Below are positions 1-14,400 of a DNA stretch of 64,000 nt, piece after piece. The DNA is from Balanoglossus misakiensis (lineage: Eukaryota; Animalia; Hemichordata): the NCBI GenBank assembly GCA_040954595.2, contig CM082591.2:10495309-10559308 (forward strand), written 5' to 3'. Under the pieces are notes generated by a model that was not told the DNA's origin, did no database searches, and saw only the letters and a list, made by a program, of their open reading frames with translations. Position 1 is the stretch's first letter; the number at the start of each line of letters is the position of its first letter. The position numbers were made by a program, and so were the translations under genes.

Positions 1-229
1 AATTTTGTAAACAAACGAGGCTGTCTTTGGAAGCAACCATGGAAACTTTAGAACTATCCGTCGATCTACAGAGTCTAGTGGAAAACTTTCTTATGCGCAT
101 AGACATATCATGTGTTCTGCGCATCACAACAGAATTTTGTAAACAAACGAGGCTGTGTTTGGAAGCAACCATGGAAACTTTAGAACTATCCGTCGATCTA
201 CAGAGTCTAGTGGAAAACATTCTTATGCG

Positions 230-1800
230 CATAGACCTATCATGTGTTCTGCGCATCACACCAGAATTTTGTAAACAAACGAGGCTGTGTTTGGAAGCAA
301 CCATGGAACTATCCGTCGATCTACAGAGTCTAGTGGAAAACTTTCTTATCCTCATAGACCTTTCATGTGTTCTGCGCATCACAACATAATTTTGTAAACA
401 AACGAGGCTGTGTTTGGAAGCAACCATGGAAAGTTTAGAACTATCCGTCGATCTACAGAGTCTAGTGGAAAACTTTCTTATCCTCATAGGCCTATCATGT
501 GTTCTGCGCATCACAACAGAATTTTGTAAACAAACGAGGCTGTGTTTGGAAGCAACAATGGAAACTTTAGAACTATCCGTCGATCTACAGAGTCTAGTGG
601 AAAACTTTCTTATCCTCATAGACCTATCATGTGTTCTGCGCATCACAACAGAATTTTGTAAACAAACGAGGCTGTGTTTGGAAGCAACCATGGAAAGTTT
701 AGAACTATCCGTCGATCTACAGAGTCTAGTGGAAAACTTTCTTATGCGCATAGACCTATCATGTGTTCTGCGCATCACAACAGAATTTTGTAAACAAACG
801 AGGCTGTGTTTGGAAGCCACCATGGAAACTTTAGAACTATCCGTCGATCTACAGAGTCTAGTGGAAATCTTTCTTATCCTCATAGACCTATCATGTGTTC
901 TGCGCATCACAACAGAATTTTGTAAACAAACGAGGCTGTCTTTGGAAGCAACCATGGAAAGTTTAGAACTATCCGTCGATCTACAGAGTCTAGTGGAAAA
1001 CTTTCTTATGCGCATAGACCTATCATGTGTTCTGCGCATCACACCAGAATTTTGTAAACAAACGAGGCTGTGTTTGGAAGCAACCATGGAACTATCCGTC
1101 GATCTACAGAGTCTAGTGGAAAACTTTCTTATCCTCATAGACCTTTCATGTGTTCTGCGCATCACAACATAATTTTGTAAACAAACGAGGCTGTGTTTGG
1201 AAGCAACCATGGAAAGTTTAGAACTATCCGTCGATCTACAGAGTCTAGTGGAAAACTTTCTTATCCTCATAGGCCTATCATGTGTTCTGCGCATCACAAC
1301 AGAATTTTGTAAACAAACGAGGCTGTGTTTGGAAGCAACAATGGAAACTTTAGAACTATCCGTCGATCTACAGAGTCTAGTGGAAAACTTTCTTATCCTC
1401 ATAGACCTATCATGTGTTCTGCGCATCACAACAGAATTTTGTAAACAAACGAGGCTGTGTTTGGAAGCAACCATGGAAAGTTTAGAACTATCCGTCGATC
1501 TACAGAGTCTAGTGGAAAACTTTCTTATGCGCATAGACCTATCATGTGTTCTGCGCATCACAACAGAATTTTGTAAACAAACGAGGCTGTGTTTGGAAGC
1601 CACCATGGAAACTTTAGAACTATCCGTCGATCTACAGAGTCTAGTGGAAATCTTTCTTATCCTCATAGACCTATCATGTGTTCTGCGCATCACAACAGAA
1701 TTTTGTAAACAAACGAGGCTGTCTTTGGAAGCAACCATGGAAAGTTTAGAACTATCCGTCGATCTACAGAGTCTAGTGGAAAACTTTCTTATGCGCATAG
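230..1800. repeat. 783-bp higher-order repeat (6 monomers, one with the 9-bp deletion), ~2 copies
   Basis: The ACATAA stop variant ends at 389 and 1172, and ORF starts fall at 414 and 1197. GACCTT and GCCACC variants recur at the same 783 spacing (6x132-9). Confidence 0.9.
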
Positions 1801-1989
1801 ACCTATCATGTGTTCTGCGCATCACAACAGAATTTTGTAAACAAACGAGGCTGTGTTTGGAAGCAACAATGGAAACTTTAGAACTATCCGTCGATCTACA
1901 GAGTCTAGAGGAAAACTTTCTTATCCTCATAGACCTATCATGTGTTCTGCGCATCACAACAGAATTTTGTAAACAAACAAGGCTGTGTT

Positions 1990-3720
1990 TGGAAGCAACC
2001 ATGGAAACTTTAGAACTATCCGTCGATCTACAGAGTCTAGTGGAAAACTTTCTTATCCTCATAGACCTATCATGTGTTCTGCGCATCACAACAGAATTTT
2101 GTAAACAAACGAGGCTGTCTTTGGAAGCAACCATGGAAACTTTAGAACTATCCGTCGATCTACAGAGTCTAGTGGAAAACTTTCTTATCCTCATAGACCT
2201 ATCATGTGTTCTGCGCATCACAACAGAATTTTGTAAACAAACGAGGCTGTGTTTGGAAGCAACCATGGAAAGTTTAGAACTATCCGTCGATCTTCAGAGT
2301 CTAGTGGAAAACTTTCTTATGCGCATAGACCTATCATGTGTTCTGCGCATCACAACAGAATTTTGTAAACAAACGAGGCTGTGTTTGGAAGCAACCATGG
2401 AAACTTTAGAACTATCCGTCGATCTACAGAGTCTAGTGGAAAACTTTCTTATCCTCATAGACCTATCATGTGTTCTGCGCATCACAACAGAATTTTGTAA
2501 ACAAACGAGGCTGTCTTTGGAAGCAACCATGGAAACTTTAGAACTATCCGTCGATCTACAGAGTCTAGTGGAAAACTTTCTTATGCGCATAGACCTGTCA
2601 TGTGTTCTGCGCATCACAACAGAATTTTGTAAACAAACGAGGCTGTGTTTGGAAGCAACCATGGAAAGTTTAGAACTATCCGTCGATCTACAGAGTCTAG
2701 TGGAAAACTTTCTTATGCGCATAGACCTATCATGTGTTCTGCGCATCACAACAGAATTTTTTAAACAAACGAGGCTGTGTTTGGAAGCAACCATGGAAAC
2801 TTTAGAACTATCCGTCGATCTACAAAGTCTAGTGGAAAACTTTCTTATCCTCATAGACCTATCATGTGTTCTGCGCATCACAACAGAATTTTGTAAACAA
2901 ACGAGGCTGTCTTTGGAAGCAACCATGGAAACTTTAGAACTATCCGTCGATCTACAGAGTCTAGTGGAAAACTTTCTTATCCTCATAGACCTATCATGTG
3001 TTCTGCGCATCACAACAGAATTTTGTAAACAAACGAGGCTGTGTTTGGAAGCAACCATGGAAAGTTTAGAACTATCCGTCGATCTTCAGAGTCTAGTGGA
3101 AAACTTTCTTATGCGCATAGACCTATCATGTGTTCTGCGCATCACAACAGAATTTTGTAAACAAACGAGGCTGTGTTTGGAAGCAACCATGGAAACTTTA
3201 GAACTATCCGTCGATCTACAGAGTCTAGTGGAAAACTTTCTTATCCTCATAGACCTATCATGTGTTCTGCGCATCACAACAGAATTTTGTAAACAAACGA
3301 GGCTGTCTTTGGAAGCAACCATGGAAACTTTAGAACTATCCGTCGATCTACAGAGTCTAGTGGAAAACTTTCTTATGCGCATAGACCTGTCATGTGTTCT
3401 GCGCATCACAACAGAATTTTGTAAACAAACGAGGCTGTGTTTGGAAGCAACCATGGAAAGTTTAGAACTATCCGTCGATCTACAGAGTCTAGTGGAAAAC
3501 TTTCTTATGCGCATAGACCTATCATGTGTTCTGCGCATCACAACAGAATTTTTTAAACAAACGAGGCTGTGTTTGGAAGCAACCATGGAAACTTTAGAAC
3601 TATCCGTCGATCTACAAAGTCTAGTGGAAAACTTTCTTATCCTCATAGACCTATCATGTGTTCTGCGCATCACAACAGAATTTTGTAAACAAACGAGGCT
3701 GTCTTTGGAAGCAACCATGG
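1990..3720. repeat. 792-bp higher-order repeat (6 monomers), ~2 copies
   Basis: GATCTTCAG creates minus-strand stops at 2294 and 3086. CCTGTCA, TTTTTAAAC and TACAAAGT variants also recur 792 bp apart. Confidence 0.9.
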
Positions 3721-4249
3721 AACCTTTAGAACTATCCGTCGATCTACAGAGTCTAGTGGAAAACTTTCTTATGCGCATAGACATATCATGTGTTCTGCGC
3801 ATCACAACAGAATTTTGTAAACAAACGAGGCTGTGTTTGGAAGCAACCATGGAAAGTTTATAACTATCCGTCGATCTACAGAGTCTAGTGGAAAACTTTC
3901 TTATCCTCTTAGACCTATCATGTGTTCTGCGCATCACAACAGAATTTTGTTAACAAACGAGGCTGTCTTTGGAAGCAACCATGGAAACTTTAGAACTATC
4001 CGTCGATCTACAGAGTCTAGTGGAAAACTTTCTTATGCGCATAGACCTATCATGTGTTCTGCGCATCACAACAGAATTTTGTAAACAAACGAGGCTGTGT
4101 TTGGAAGCAACCATGGAAAGTTTAGAACTATCCGTCGATCTACAGAGTCTAGTGGAAAACTTTCTTATCCTCATAGGCTTATCATGTGTTCTGCGCATCA
4201 CAACAGAATTTTGTAAACAAACGAGGCTGTGTTTGGAAGCAACAATGGA

Positions 4250-6060
4250 AACTTTAGAACTATCCGTCGATCTACAGAGTCTAGAGGAAAACTTTCTTAT
4301 CCTCATAGACCTATCATGTGTTCTGCGCATCACAACAGAATTTTGTAAACAAACAAGGCTGTGTTTGGAAGCAACCATGGAAACTTTAGAACTATCCGTC
4401 GATCTACAGAGTCTAGAGGAAAACTTTCTTATCCTCATAGGCCTATCATGTGTTCTGCGCATCACAACAGAATTTTGTAAACAAACTAGGCTGTGTTTGG
4501 AAGCAACCATGGAAACTTTAGAACTATCCGTCGATCTACAGAGTCTAGAGGAAAACTTTCTTATCCTCATAGGCCTATCATGTGTTCTGCGCATCACAAC
4601 AGAATTTTGTAAACAAACAAGGCTGTGTTTGGAAGCAACCATGGAAACTTTAGAACTATCCGTCGATCTACAGAGTCTAGAGGAAAACTTTCTTATCCTC
4701 ATAGGCCTATCATGTGTTCTGCGCATCACAACAGAATTTTGTAAACAAACAAGGCTGTGTTTGGAAGCAACCATGGAAACTTTAGAACTATCCGTCGATC
4801 TACAGAGTCTAGAGGAAAACTTTCTTATGCGCATAGACCTATCATGTGTTCTGCGCATCACAACAGAATTTTGTAAACAAACGAGGCTGTGTTTGGAAGC
4901 AACCATGGAAACTTTAGAACTATCCGTCGATCTACAGAGTCAAGTGGAAAACTTTCTTATGCGCATAGGCCTATCATTTGTTCTGCGCATCACAACAGAA
5001 TTTTGTAAACAAACGAGGCTGTGTTTGGAAGCAACCATGGAAACTTTAGAACTATCCGTCGATCTACAGAGTCTAGTGGAAAATTTTCTTATCCTCATAG
5101 ACCTATCATGTGTTCTGCGCATCACAACAGAATTTTGTAAACAAACGAGGCTGTGTTTGGAAGCAACCATGGAAACTTTAGAACTATCCGTCGATCTACA
5201 GAGTCTAGAGGAAAACTTTCTTATCCTCATAGACCTATCATGTGTTCTGCGCATCACAACAGAATTTTGTAAACAAACAAGGCTGTGTTTGGAAGCAACC
5301 ATGGAAACTTTAGAACTATCCGTCGATCTACAGAGTCTAGAGGAAAACTTTCTTATCCTCATAGGCCTATCATGTGTTCTGCGCATCACAACAGAATTTT
5401 GTAAACAAACGAGGCTGTGTTTGGAAGCAACCATGGAAACTTTAGAACTATCCGTCGATCTACAGATTCTAGAGGAAAACTTTCTTATCCTCATAGGCCT
5501 ATCATGTGTTCTGCGCATCACAACAGAATTTTGTAAACAAACAAGGCTGTGTTTGGAAGCAACCATGGAAACTTTAGAACTATCCGTCGATCTACAGAGT
5601 CTAGAGGAAAACTTTCTTATCCTCATAGGCCTATCATGTGTTCTGCGCATCACAACAGAATTTTGTAAACAAACAAGGCTGTGTTTGGTAGCAACCATGG
5701 AAACTTTAGAACTATCCGTCGATCTACAGAGTCTAGAGGAAAACTTTCTTATGCGCATAGACCTATCATGTGTTCTGCGCATCACAACAGAATTTTGTAA
5801 ACAAACGAGGCTGTGTTTGGAAGCAACCATGGAAACTTTAGAACTATCCGTCGATCTACAGAGTCAAGTGGAAAACTTTCTTATGCGCATAGGCCTATCA
5901 TTTGTTCTGCGCATCACAACAGAATTTTGTAAACAAACGAGGCTGTGTTTGGAAGCAACCATGGAAACTTTAGAACTATCCGTCGATCTACAGAGTCTAG
6001 TGGAAAACTTTCTTATCCTCATAGACCTATCATGTGTTCTGCGCATCACAACAGAATTTT
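4250..6060. repeat. 924-bp higher-order repeat (7 monomers), ~2 copies
   Basis: The GTCAAGTGG plus TCATTTG monomer occurs at 4940 and 5864. Each copy is preceded by a run of CTAGAGG-type monomers. Confidence 0.9.
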
Positions 6061-8400
6061 GTAAACAAACGAGGCTGTGTTTGGAAGCAACCATGGAAAC
6101 TTTAGAACTATCCGTCGATCTACAGAGTCTAGTGGAAAACTTTCTTATGCGCATAGACCTATCATGTGTTCTGCGCATCACAACAGAATTTTGTAAACAA
6201 ACGAGGCTGTGTTTGGAAGCAACCATGGAAACTTTAGAACTATCCGTCGATCTACAGAGTCTAGTGGAAATTTTTCTTATCCTCATAGACCTATCATGTG
6301 TTCTGCGCATCACAACAGAATTTTGTAAACAAACGAGGCTGTCTTTGGAAGCAACCATGGAAACTTTAGAACTATCCGTCGATCTACAGAGTGTAGTGGA
6401 AAACTTTCTTATCCTCATAGGCCTATCATGTGTTCTGCGCATCACAACAGAATTTTGTAAACAAACGAGGCTGTGTTTGGAAGCAACAATGGAAACTTTA
6501 GAACTATCCGTCGATCTACAGAGTCTAGAGGAAAACTTTCTTATCCTCATAGACCTATCATGTGTTCTGCGCATCACAACAGAATTTTGTAAACAAACAA
6601 GGCTGTGTTTGGAAGCAACCATGGAAACTTTAGAACTATCCGTCGATCTACAGAGTCTAGTGGAAAACTTTCTTATCCTCATAGACCTATCATGTGTTCT
6701 GCGCATCACAACAGAATTTTGTAAACAAACGAGGCTGTGTTTGGAAGCAACCATGGAAACTTTAGAACTATCCGTCGATCTACAGAGTCTAGTGGAAAAC
6801 TTTCTTATGCGCATAGACCTATCATGTGTTCTGCGCATCACAACAGAATTTTGTAAACAAACGAGGCTGTGTTTGGAAGCAACCATGGAAACTTTAGAAC
6901 TATCCGTCGATCTACAGAGTCTAGTGGAAATTGTTCTTATCCTCATAGACCTATCATGTGTTCTGCGCATCACAACAGAATTTTGTAAACAAACGAGGCT
7001 GTCTTTGGAAGCAACCATGGAAACTTTAGAACTATCCGTCGATCTACAGAGTGTAGTGGAAAACTTTCTTATCCTCATAGGCCTATCATGTGTTCTGCGC
7101 ATCACAACAGAATTTTGTAAACAAACGAGGCTGTGTTTGGAAGCAACCATGGAAACTTTAGAACTATCCGTCGATCTACAGAGTCTAGTGGAAATTTTTC
7201 TTATCCTCATAGACCTATCATGTGTTCTGCGCATCACAACAGAATTTTGTAAACAAACGAGGCTGTCTTTGGAAGCAACCATGGAAACTTTAGAACTATC
7301 CGTCGATCTACAGAGTGTAGTGGAAAACTTTCTTATCCTCATAGGCCTATCATGTGTTCTGCGCATCACAACAGAATTTTGTAAACAAACGAGGCTGTGT
7401 TTGGAAGCAACAATGGAAACTTTAGAACTATCCGTCGATCTACAGAGTCTAGAGGAAAACTTTCTTATCCTCATAGACCTATCATGTGTTCTGCGCATCA
7501 CAACAGAATTTTGTAAACAAACAAGGCTGTGTTTGGAAGCAACCATGGAAACTTTAGAACTATCCGTCGATCTACAGAGTCTAGTGGAAAACTTTCTTAT
7601 CCTCATAGACCTATCATGTGTTCTGCGCATCACAACAGAATTTTGTAAACAAACGAGGCTGTGTTTGGAAGCAACCATGGAAACTTTAGAACTATCCGTC
7701 GATCTACAGAGTCTAGTGGAAAACTTTCTTATGCGCATAGACCTATCATGTGTTCTGCGAATCACAACAGAATTTTGTAAACAAACGAGGCTGTGTTTGG
7801 AAGCAACCATGGAAACTTTAGAACTATCCGTCGATCTACAGAGTCTAGTGGAAATTTTTCTTATCCTCATAGACCTATCATGTGTTCTGCGCATCACAAC
7901 AGAATTTTGTAAACAAACGAGGCTGTCTTTGGAAGCAACCATGGAAACTTTAGAACTATCCGTCGATCTACAGAGTGTAGTGGAAAACTTTCTTATCCTC
8001 ATAGGCCTATCATGTGTTCTGCGCATCACAACAGAATTTTGTAAACAAACGAGGCTGTGTTTGGAAGCAACAATGGAAACTTTAGAACTATCCGTCGATC
8101 TACAGAGTCTAGAGGAAAACTTTCTTATCCTCATAGACCTATCATGTGTTCTGCGCATCACAACAGAATTTTGTAAACAAACAAGGCTGTGTTTGGAAGC
8201 AACCATGGAAACTTTAGAACTATCCGTCGATCTACAGAGTCTAGTGGAAAACTTTCTTATCCTCATAGACCTATCATGTGTTCTGCGCATCACAACAGAA
8301 TTTTGTAAACAAACAAGGCTGTGTTTGGAAGCAACCATGGAAACTTTAGAACTATCCGTCGATCTACAGAGTCTAGTGGAAAACTTTCTCATGCGCATAG
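6000..8400. repeat. 660-bp (5-monomer) higher-order repeat, ~3 copies plus an inserted dimer
   Basis: The GGAAATT / CTGTCT / GTGTAG marker set occurs near 6268, 6928, 7192 and 7852 (spacings 660, 264, 660). Confidence 0.8.
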
Positions 8401-11400
8401 ACCTATCATGTGTTCTGCGCATCACACCAGAATTTTGTAAAAAAACGAGGCTGTGTTTAAAAAGCAACCATGAAACTATCCGTCGATCTACAGAGTCTAA
8501 TGGAAAACTATCTTATCCTCATAGGCCTATCATGTGTTCTGCGCATCACAACAGAATTTTGTAAACAAACGAGGCTGTGTTTGGAAGCATCAATGGAAAC
8601 TTTAGAACTATCCGTCGATCTACAGAGTCTAGTGGAAAACTTTCTTATCCTCATAGGCCTATCATGTGTTTTGCGCATCACAACAGAATTTTGTAAACAA
8701 ACGAGGCTGTGTTTGGAAGCAACCATGGAAAGTTTAGAACTATCCGTCGATCTACAGAGTCTAGTGGAAAACTTTCTTATGCGCATAGACCTATCATGTG
8801 TTCTGCGCATCACAACAGAATTTTGTAAACAAACGAGGCTGTGTTTGGAAGCAACAATGGAAACTTTAGAACTATCCGTCGATCTACAGAGTCTAGAGGA
8901 AAACTTTCTTATCCTCATAGACCTATCATGTGTTCTGCGCATCACAACAGAATTTTGTAAACAAACAAGGCTGTGTTTGGAAGCAACCATGGAAACTTTA
9001 GAACTATCCGTCGATCTACAGAGTCTAGTGGAAAACTTTCTTATGCGCATAGACCTATCATGTGTTCTGCGCATCACACCAGAATTTTGTAAACAAACGA
9101 GGCTGTGTTTGGAAGCAACCATGGAACTATCCGTCGATCTACAGAGTCTAATAGAAAACTTTCTTATCCTCATAGGCCTATCATGTGTTCTGCGCATCAC
9201 AACAGAATTTTGTAAACAAACGAGGCTGTGTTTGTAAGCAACAATGGAAACTTTAGAACTATCCGTCGATCTACAGAGTCTAGAGGAAAACTTTCTTATC
9301 CTCATAGACCTATCATGTGTTCTGCGCATCACAACAGAATTTTGTAGACAAACAAGGCTGTGTTTGGAAGCAACCATGGAAACTTTAGAACTATCCGTCG
9401 ATCTACAGAGTCTAGTGGAAAACTTTCTTATCCTCATAGGCCTATCATGTGTTCTGCGCATCACAACAGAATTTTGTAAACAAACGAGGCTGTGTTTGGA
9501 AGCAACAATGGAAACTTTAGAACTATCCGTCGATCTACAGAGTCTAGTGGAAAACTTTCTTATCCTCATAGACCTATCATGTGTTCTGCGCATCACAACA
9601 GAATTTTGTAAACAAACGAGGCTGTGTTTGGAAGCAACCATGGAAAGTTTAGAACTATCCGTCGATCTACAGAGTCTAGTGGAAAGCTTTCTTATGCGCA
9701 TAGACCTATCATGTGTTCTGCGCATCACAACAGAATTTTGTAAACAAACGAGGCTGTGTTTGGAAGCAACAATGGAAACTTTAGAACTATCCGTCGATCT
9801 ACAGAGTCTAGAGGAAAACTTTCTTATCCTCATAGACCTATCATGTGTTCTGCGCATCACAACAGAATTTTGTAAACAAACAAGGCTGTGTTTGGAAGCA
9901 ACCATGGAAACTTTAGAACTATCCGTCGATCTACAGAGTCTAGTGGAAAACTTTCTTATGCGCATAGACCTATCATGTGTTCTGCGCATCACACCAGAAT
10001 TTTGTAAAAAAACGAGGCTGTGTTTGGAAGCAACCATGAAACTATCCGTCGATCTACAGAGTCTAATGGAAAACTATCTTATCCTCATAGGCCTATCATG
10101 TGTTCTGCGCATCACAACAGAATTTTGTAAACAAACGAGGCTGTGTTTGGAAGCATCAATGGAAACTTTAGAACTATCCGTCGATCTACAGAGTCTAGTG
10201 GAAAACTTTCTTATCCTCATAGGCCTATCATGTGTTTTGCGCATCACAACTGAATTTTGTAAACAAACGAGGCTGTGTTTGGAAGCAACCATGGAAAGTT
10301 TAGAACTATCCGTCGATCTACAGAGTCTAGTGGAAAACTTTCTTATGCGCATAAACCTATCATGTGTTCTGCGCATCACAACAGAATTTTGTAAACAAAC
10401 GAGGCTGTGTTTGGAAGCAACAATGGAAACTTTAGAACTATCCGTCGATCTACAGAGTCTAGAGGAAAACTTTCTTATCCTCATAGACCTATCATGTGTT
10501 CTGCGCATCACAACAGAATTTTGTAAACAAACAAGGCTGTGTTTGGAAGCAACCATGGAAACTTTAGAACTATCCGTCGATCTACAGAGTCTAGTGGAAA
10601 ACTTTCTTATGCGCATAGACCTATCATGTGTTCTGCGCATCACACCAGAATTTTGTAAACAAACGAGGCTGTGTTTGGAAGCAACCATGGAACTATCCGT
10701 CGATCTACAGAGTCTAATGGAAAACTTTCTTATCCTCATAGGCCTATCATGTGTTCTGCGCATCACAACTGAATTTTGTAAACAAACGAGGCTGTGTTTG
10801 GAAGCATCAATGGAAACTTTAGAACTATCCGTCGATCTACAGAGTCTAGTGGAAAACTTTCTTATCCTCATAGGCCTATCATGTGTTCTGCGCATCACAA
10901 CAGAATTTTGTAAACAAACGAGGCTGTGTTTGGAAGCAACTATGGAAACTTTAGAACTATCCGTCGATCTACAGAGTCTAGTGGAAAACTTTCTTATCCT
11001 CATAGACCTATCATGTGTTCTGCGCATCACAGCAGAATTTTGTAAACAAACGAGGCTGTGTTTGGAAGCAACCATGGAAAGTTTAGAACTATCCGTCGAT
11101 CTACAGAGTCTAGAGGAAAACTTTCTTATCCTCATAGACCTATCATGTGTTCTGCGCATCACAACAGAATTTTGTAAACAAACGAGGCTGTGTTTGGAAG
11201 CAACAATGGAAACTTTAGAACTATCCGTCGATCTACAGAGTCTAGAGGAAAACTTTCTTATCCTCATAGGCCTATCATGTGTTCTGCGCATCACAACAGA
11301 ATTTTGTAAACAAACGAGGCTGTGTTTGGAAGCAACAATGAAACTATCCGTCGATCTACAGAGTCTAATGGAAAACTATCTTATCCTCATAGGCCTATCA

Positions 11401-14400
11401 TGTGTTCTGCGCATCACAACAGAATTTTGTAAACAAACGAGGCTGTGTTTGGAAGCATCAATGGAAACTTTAGAACTATCCGTCGATCAACAGAGTCTAG
11501 TGGAAAACTTTCTTATCCTCATAGGCCTATCATGTGTTTTGCGCATCACAACAGAATTTTGTAAACAAACGAGGCTGTGTTTGGAAGCAACCATGGAAAG
11601 TTTAGAACTATCCGTCGATCTACAGAGTCTAGTGGAAAACTTTCTTATGCGCATAGACCTATCATGTGTTCTGCGCATCACACCAGAATTTTGTAAACAA
11701 ACGAGGCTGTGTTTGGAAGAAACAATGGAAACTTTAGAACTATCCGTCGATCTACAGAGTCTAGAGGAAAACTTTCTTATCCTCATAGACCTATCATGTG
11801 TTCTGCGCATCACAACAGAATTTTGTAAACAAACAAGGCTGTGTTTGGAAGCAACCATGGAAACTTTAGAACTATCCGTCGATCTACAGAGTCTAGTGGA
11901 AAACTTTCTTATGCGCATAGACGTATCATGTGTTCTGCGCATCACACCAGAATTTTGTAAACAAACGAGGCTGTGTTTGGAAGCAACCATGGAACTATCC
12001 GTCGATCTACAGAGTCTAATGGAAAACTTTCTTATCCTCATAGGCCTATCATGTGTTCTGCGCATCACAACTGAATTTTGTAAACAAACGAGGCTGTGTT
12101 TGGAAGCATCAATGGAAACTTTAGAACTATCCGTCGATCTACAGAGTCTTGTGGAAAACTTTCTTATCCTCATAGGCCTATCATGTGTTTTGCGCATCAC
12201 AACAGAATTTTGTAAACAAACGAGGCTGTGTTTGGAAGCAACCATGGAAACTTTAGAACTATCCGTCGATCTACAGAGTGTAGTGGAAAACTTTCTTATC
12301 CTCATAGGCCTATCATGTGTTCTGCGCATCACAACAGAATTTTGTAAACAAACGAGGCTGTGTTTGGAAGCAACAATGGAAACTTTAGAACTATCCGTCG
12401 ATCTACAGAGTCTAGTGGAAAACTTTCTTATCCTCATAGGCCTATCATGTGTTCTGCGCATCACAACAGAATTTTGTAAACAAACGAGGCTGTGTTTGGA
12501 AGCAACCATGGAAACTTTAGAACTATCCGTCGATCTACAGAGTCTAGTGGAAAACTTTCTTATGCGCATAGACCTATCATGTGTTCTGCGCATCACAACA
12601 GAATTTTGTAAACAAACGAGGCTGTGTTTGGAAGCAACCATGGAAAGTTTAGAACTATCCGTCGATCTACAGAGTCTAGTGGAAAACTTTCTTATGCGCA
12701 TAGACCTATCATGTGTTCTGCGCATCACAACAGAATTTTGTAAACAAACGAGGCTGTGTTTGGAAGCAACAATGGAAACTTTAGAACTATCCGTCGATCT
12801 ACAGAGTCTAGAGGAAAACTTTCTTATCCTCATAGACCTATCATGTGTTCTGCGCATCACAACTGAATTTTGTAAACAAACGAGGCTGTGTTTGGAAGCA
12901 ACCATGGAAAGTTTAGAACTATCCGTCGATCTACAGAGTCTAGTGGAAAACTTTCTTATGCGCATAGACCTATCATGTGTTCTGCGCATCACAACAGAAT
13001 TTTGTAAACAAACGAGGCTGTGTTTGGAAGCAACAATGGAAACTTTAGAACTATCCGTCGATCTACAGAGTCTAGTGGAAAACTTTCTTATGCGCATAGA
13101 CCTATCATGTGTTCTGCGCATCACAACAGAATTTTGTAAACAAACGAGGCTGTGTTTGGAAGCAACAATGGAAACTTTAGAACTATCCGTCGATCTACAG
13201 AGTCTAGAGGAAAACTTTCTTATCCTCATAGACCTATCATGTGTTCTGCGCATCACAACTGAATTTTGTAAACAAACGAGGCTGTGTTTGGAAGCAACCA
13301 TGGAAAGTTTAGAACTATCCGTCGATCTACAGAGTCTAGTGGAAAACTTTCTTATGCGCATAGACCTATCATGTGTTCTGCGCATCACAACAGAATTTTG
13401 TAAACAAACGAGGCTGTGTTTGGAAGCAACAATGGAAACTTTAGAACTATCCGTCGATCTACAGAGTCTAGAGGAAAACTTTCTTATCCTCATAGGCCTA
13501 TCATGTGTTCTGCGCATCACAACAGAATTTTGTAAACAAACGAGGCTGTGTTTGGAAGCATCAATGGAAACTTTAGAACTATCCGTCGATCTACAGAGTC
13601 TAGTGGAAAACTTTCTTATCCTCATAGGCCTATCATGTGTTTTGCGCATCACAACAGAATTTTGTAAACAAACGAGGCTGTGTTTGGAAGCAACCATGGA
13701 AACTTTAGAACTATCCGTCGATCTACAGAGTCTAGTGGAAAACTTTCTTATGCGCATAGACCTATCATGTGTTCTGCGCATCACAACAGAATTTTGTAAA
13801 CAAACGAGGCTGTGTTTGGAAGCAACCATGGAAAGTTTAGAACTATCCGTCGATCTACAGAGTCTAGTGGAAAACTTTCTTATGCGCATAGACCTATCAT
13901 GTGTTCTGCGCATCACAACAGAATTTTGTAAACAAACGAGGCTGTGTTTGGAAGCAACAATGGAAACTTTAGAACTATCCGTCGATCTACAGAGTCTAGA
14001 GGAAAACTTTCTTATCCTCATAGACCTATCATGTGTTCTGCGCATCACAACTGAATTTTGTAAACAAACGAGGCTGTGTTTGGAAGCAACCATGGAAAGT
14101 TTAGAACTATCCGTCGATCTACAGAGTCTAGTGGAAAACTTTCTTATGCGCATAGACCTATCATGTGTTCTGCGCATCACAACAGAATTTTGTAAACAAA
14201 CGAGGCTGTGTTTGGAAGCAACAATGGAAACTTTAGAACTATCCGTCGATCTACAGAGTCTAGAGGAAAACTTTCTTATCCTCATAGGCCTATCATGTGT
14301 TCTGCGCATCACAACAGAATTTTGTAAACAAACGAGGCTGTGTTTGGAAGCATCAATGGAAACTTTAGAACTATCCGTCGATCAACAGAGTCTAGTGGAA

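Noticed and set aside
1-132. 5S rRNA, tRNA, snRNA or spliced-leader gene tandem array
   Set aside because: I see no recognisable conserved motifs, cloverleaf, pol III boxes or gene-plus-spacer structure. An Rfam/Infernal scan would confirm.
1-132. CENP-B box or telomeric repeat
   Set aside because: No TTCG....A..CGGG motif was seen on either strand of the consensus, and there are no tandem telomere motifs.
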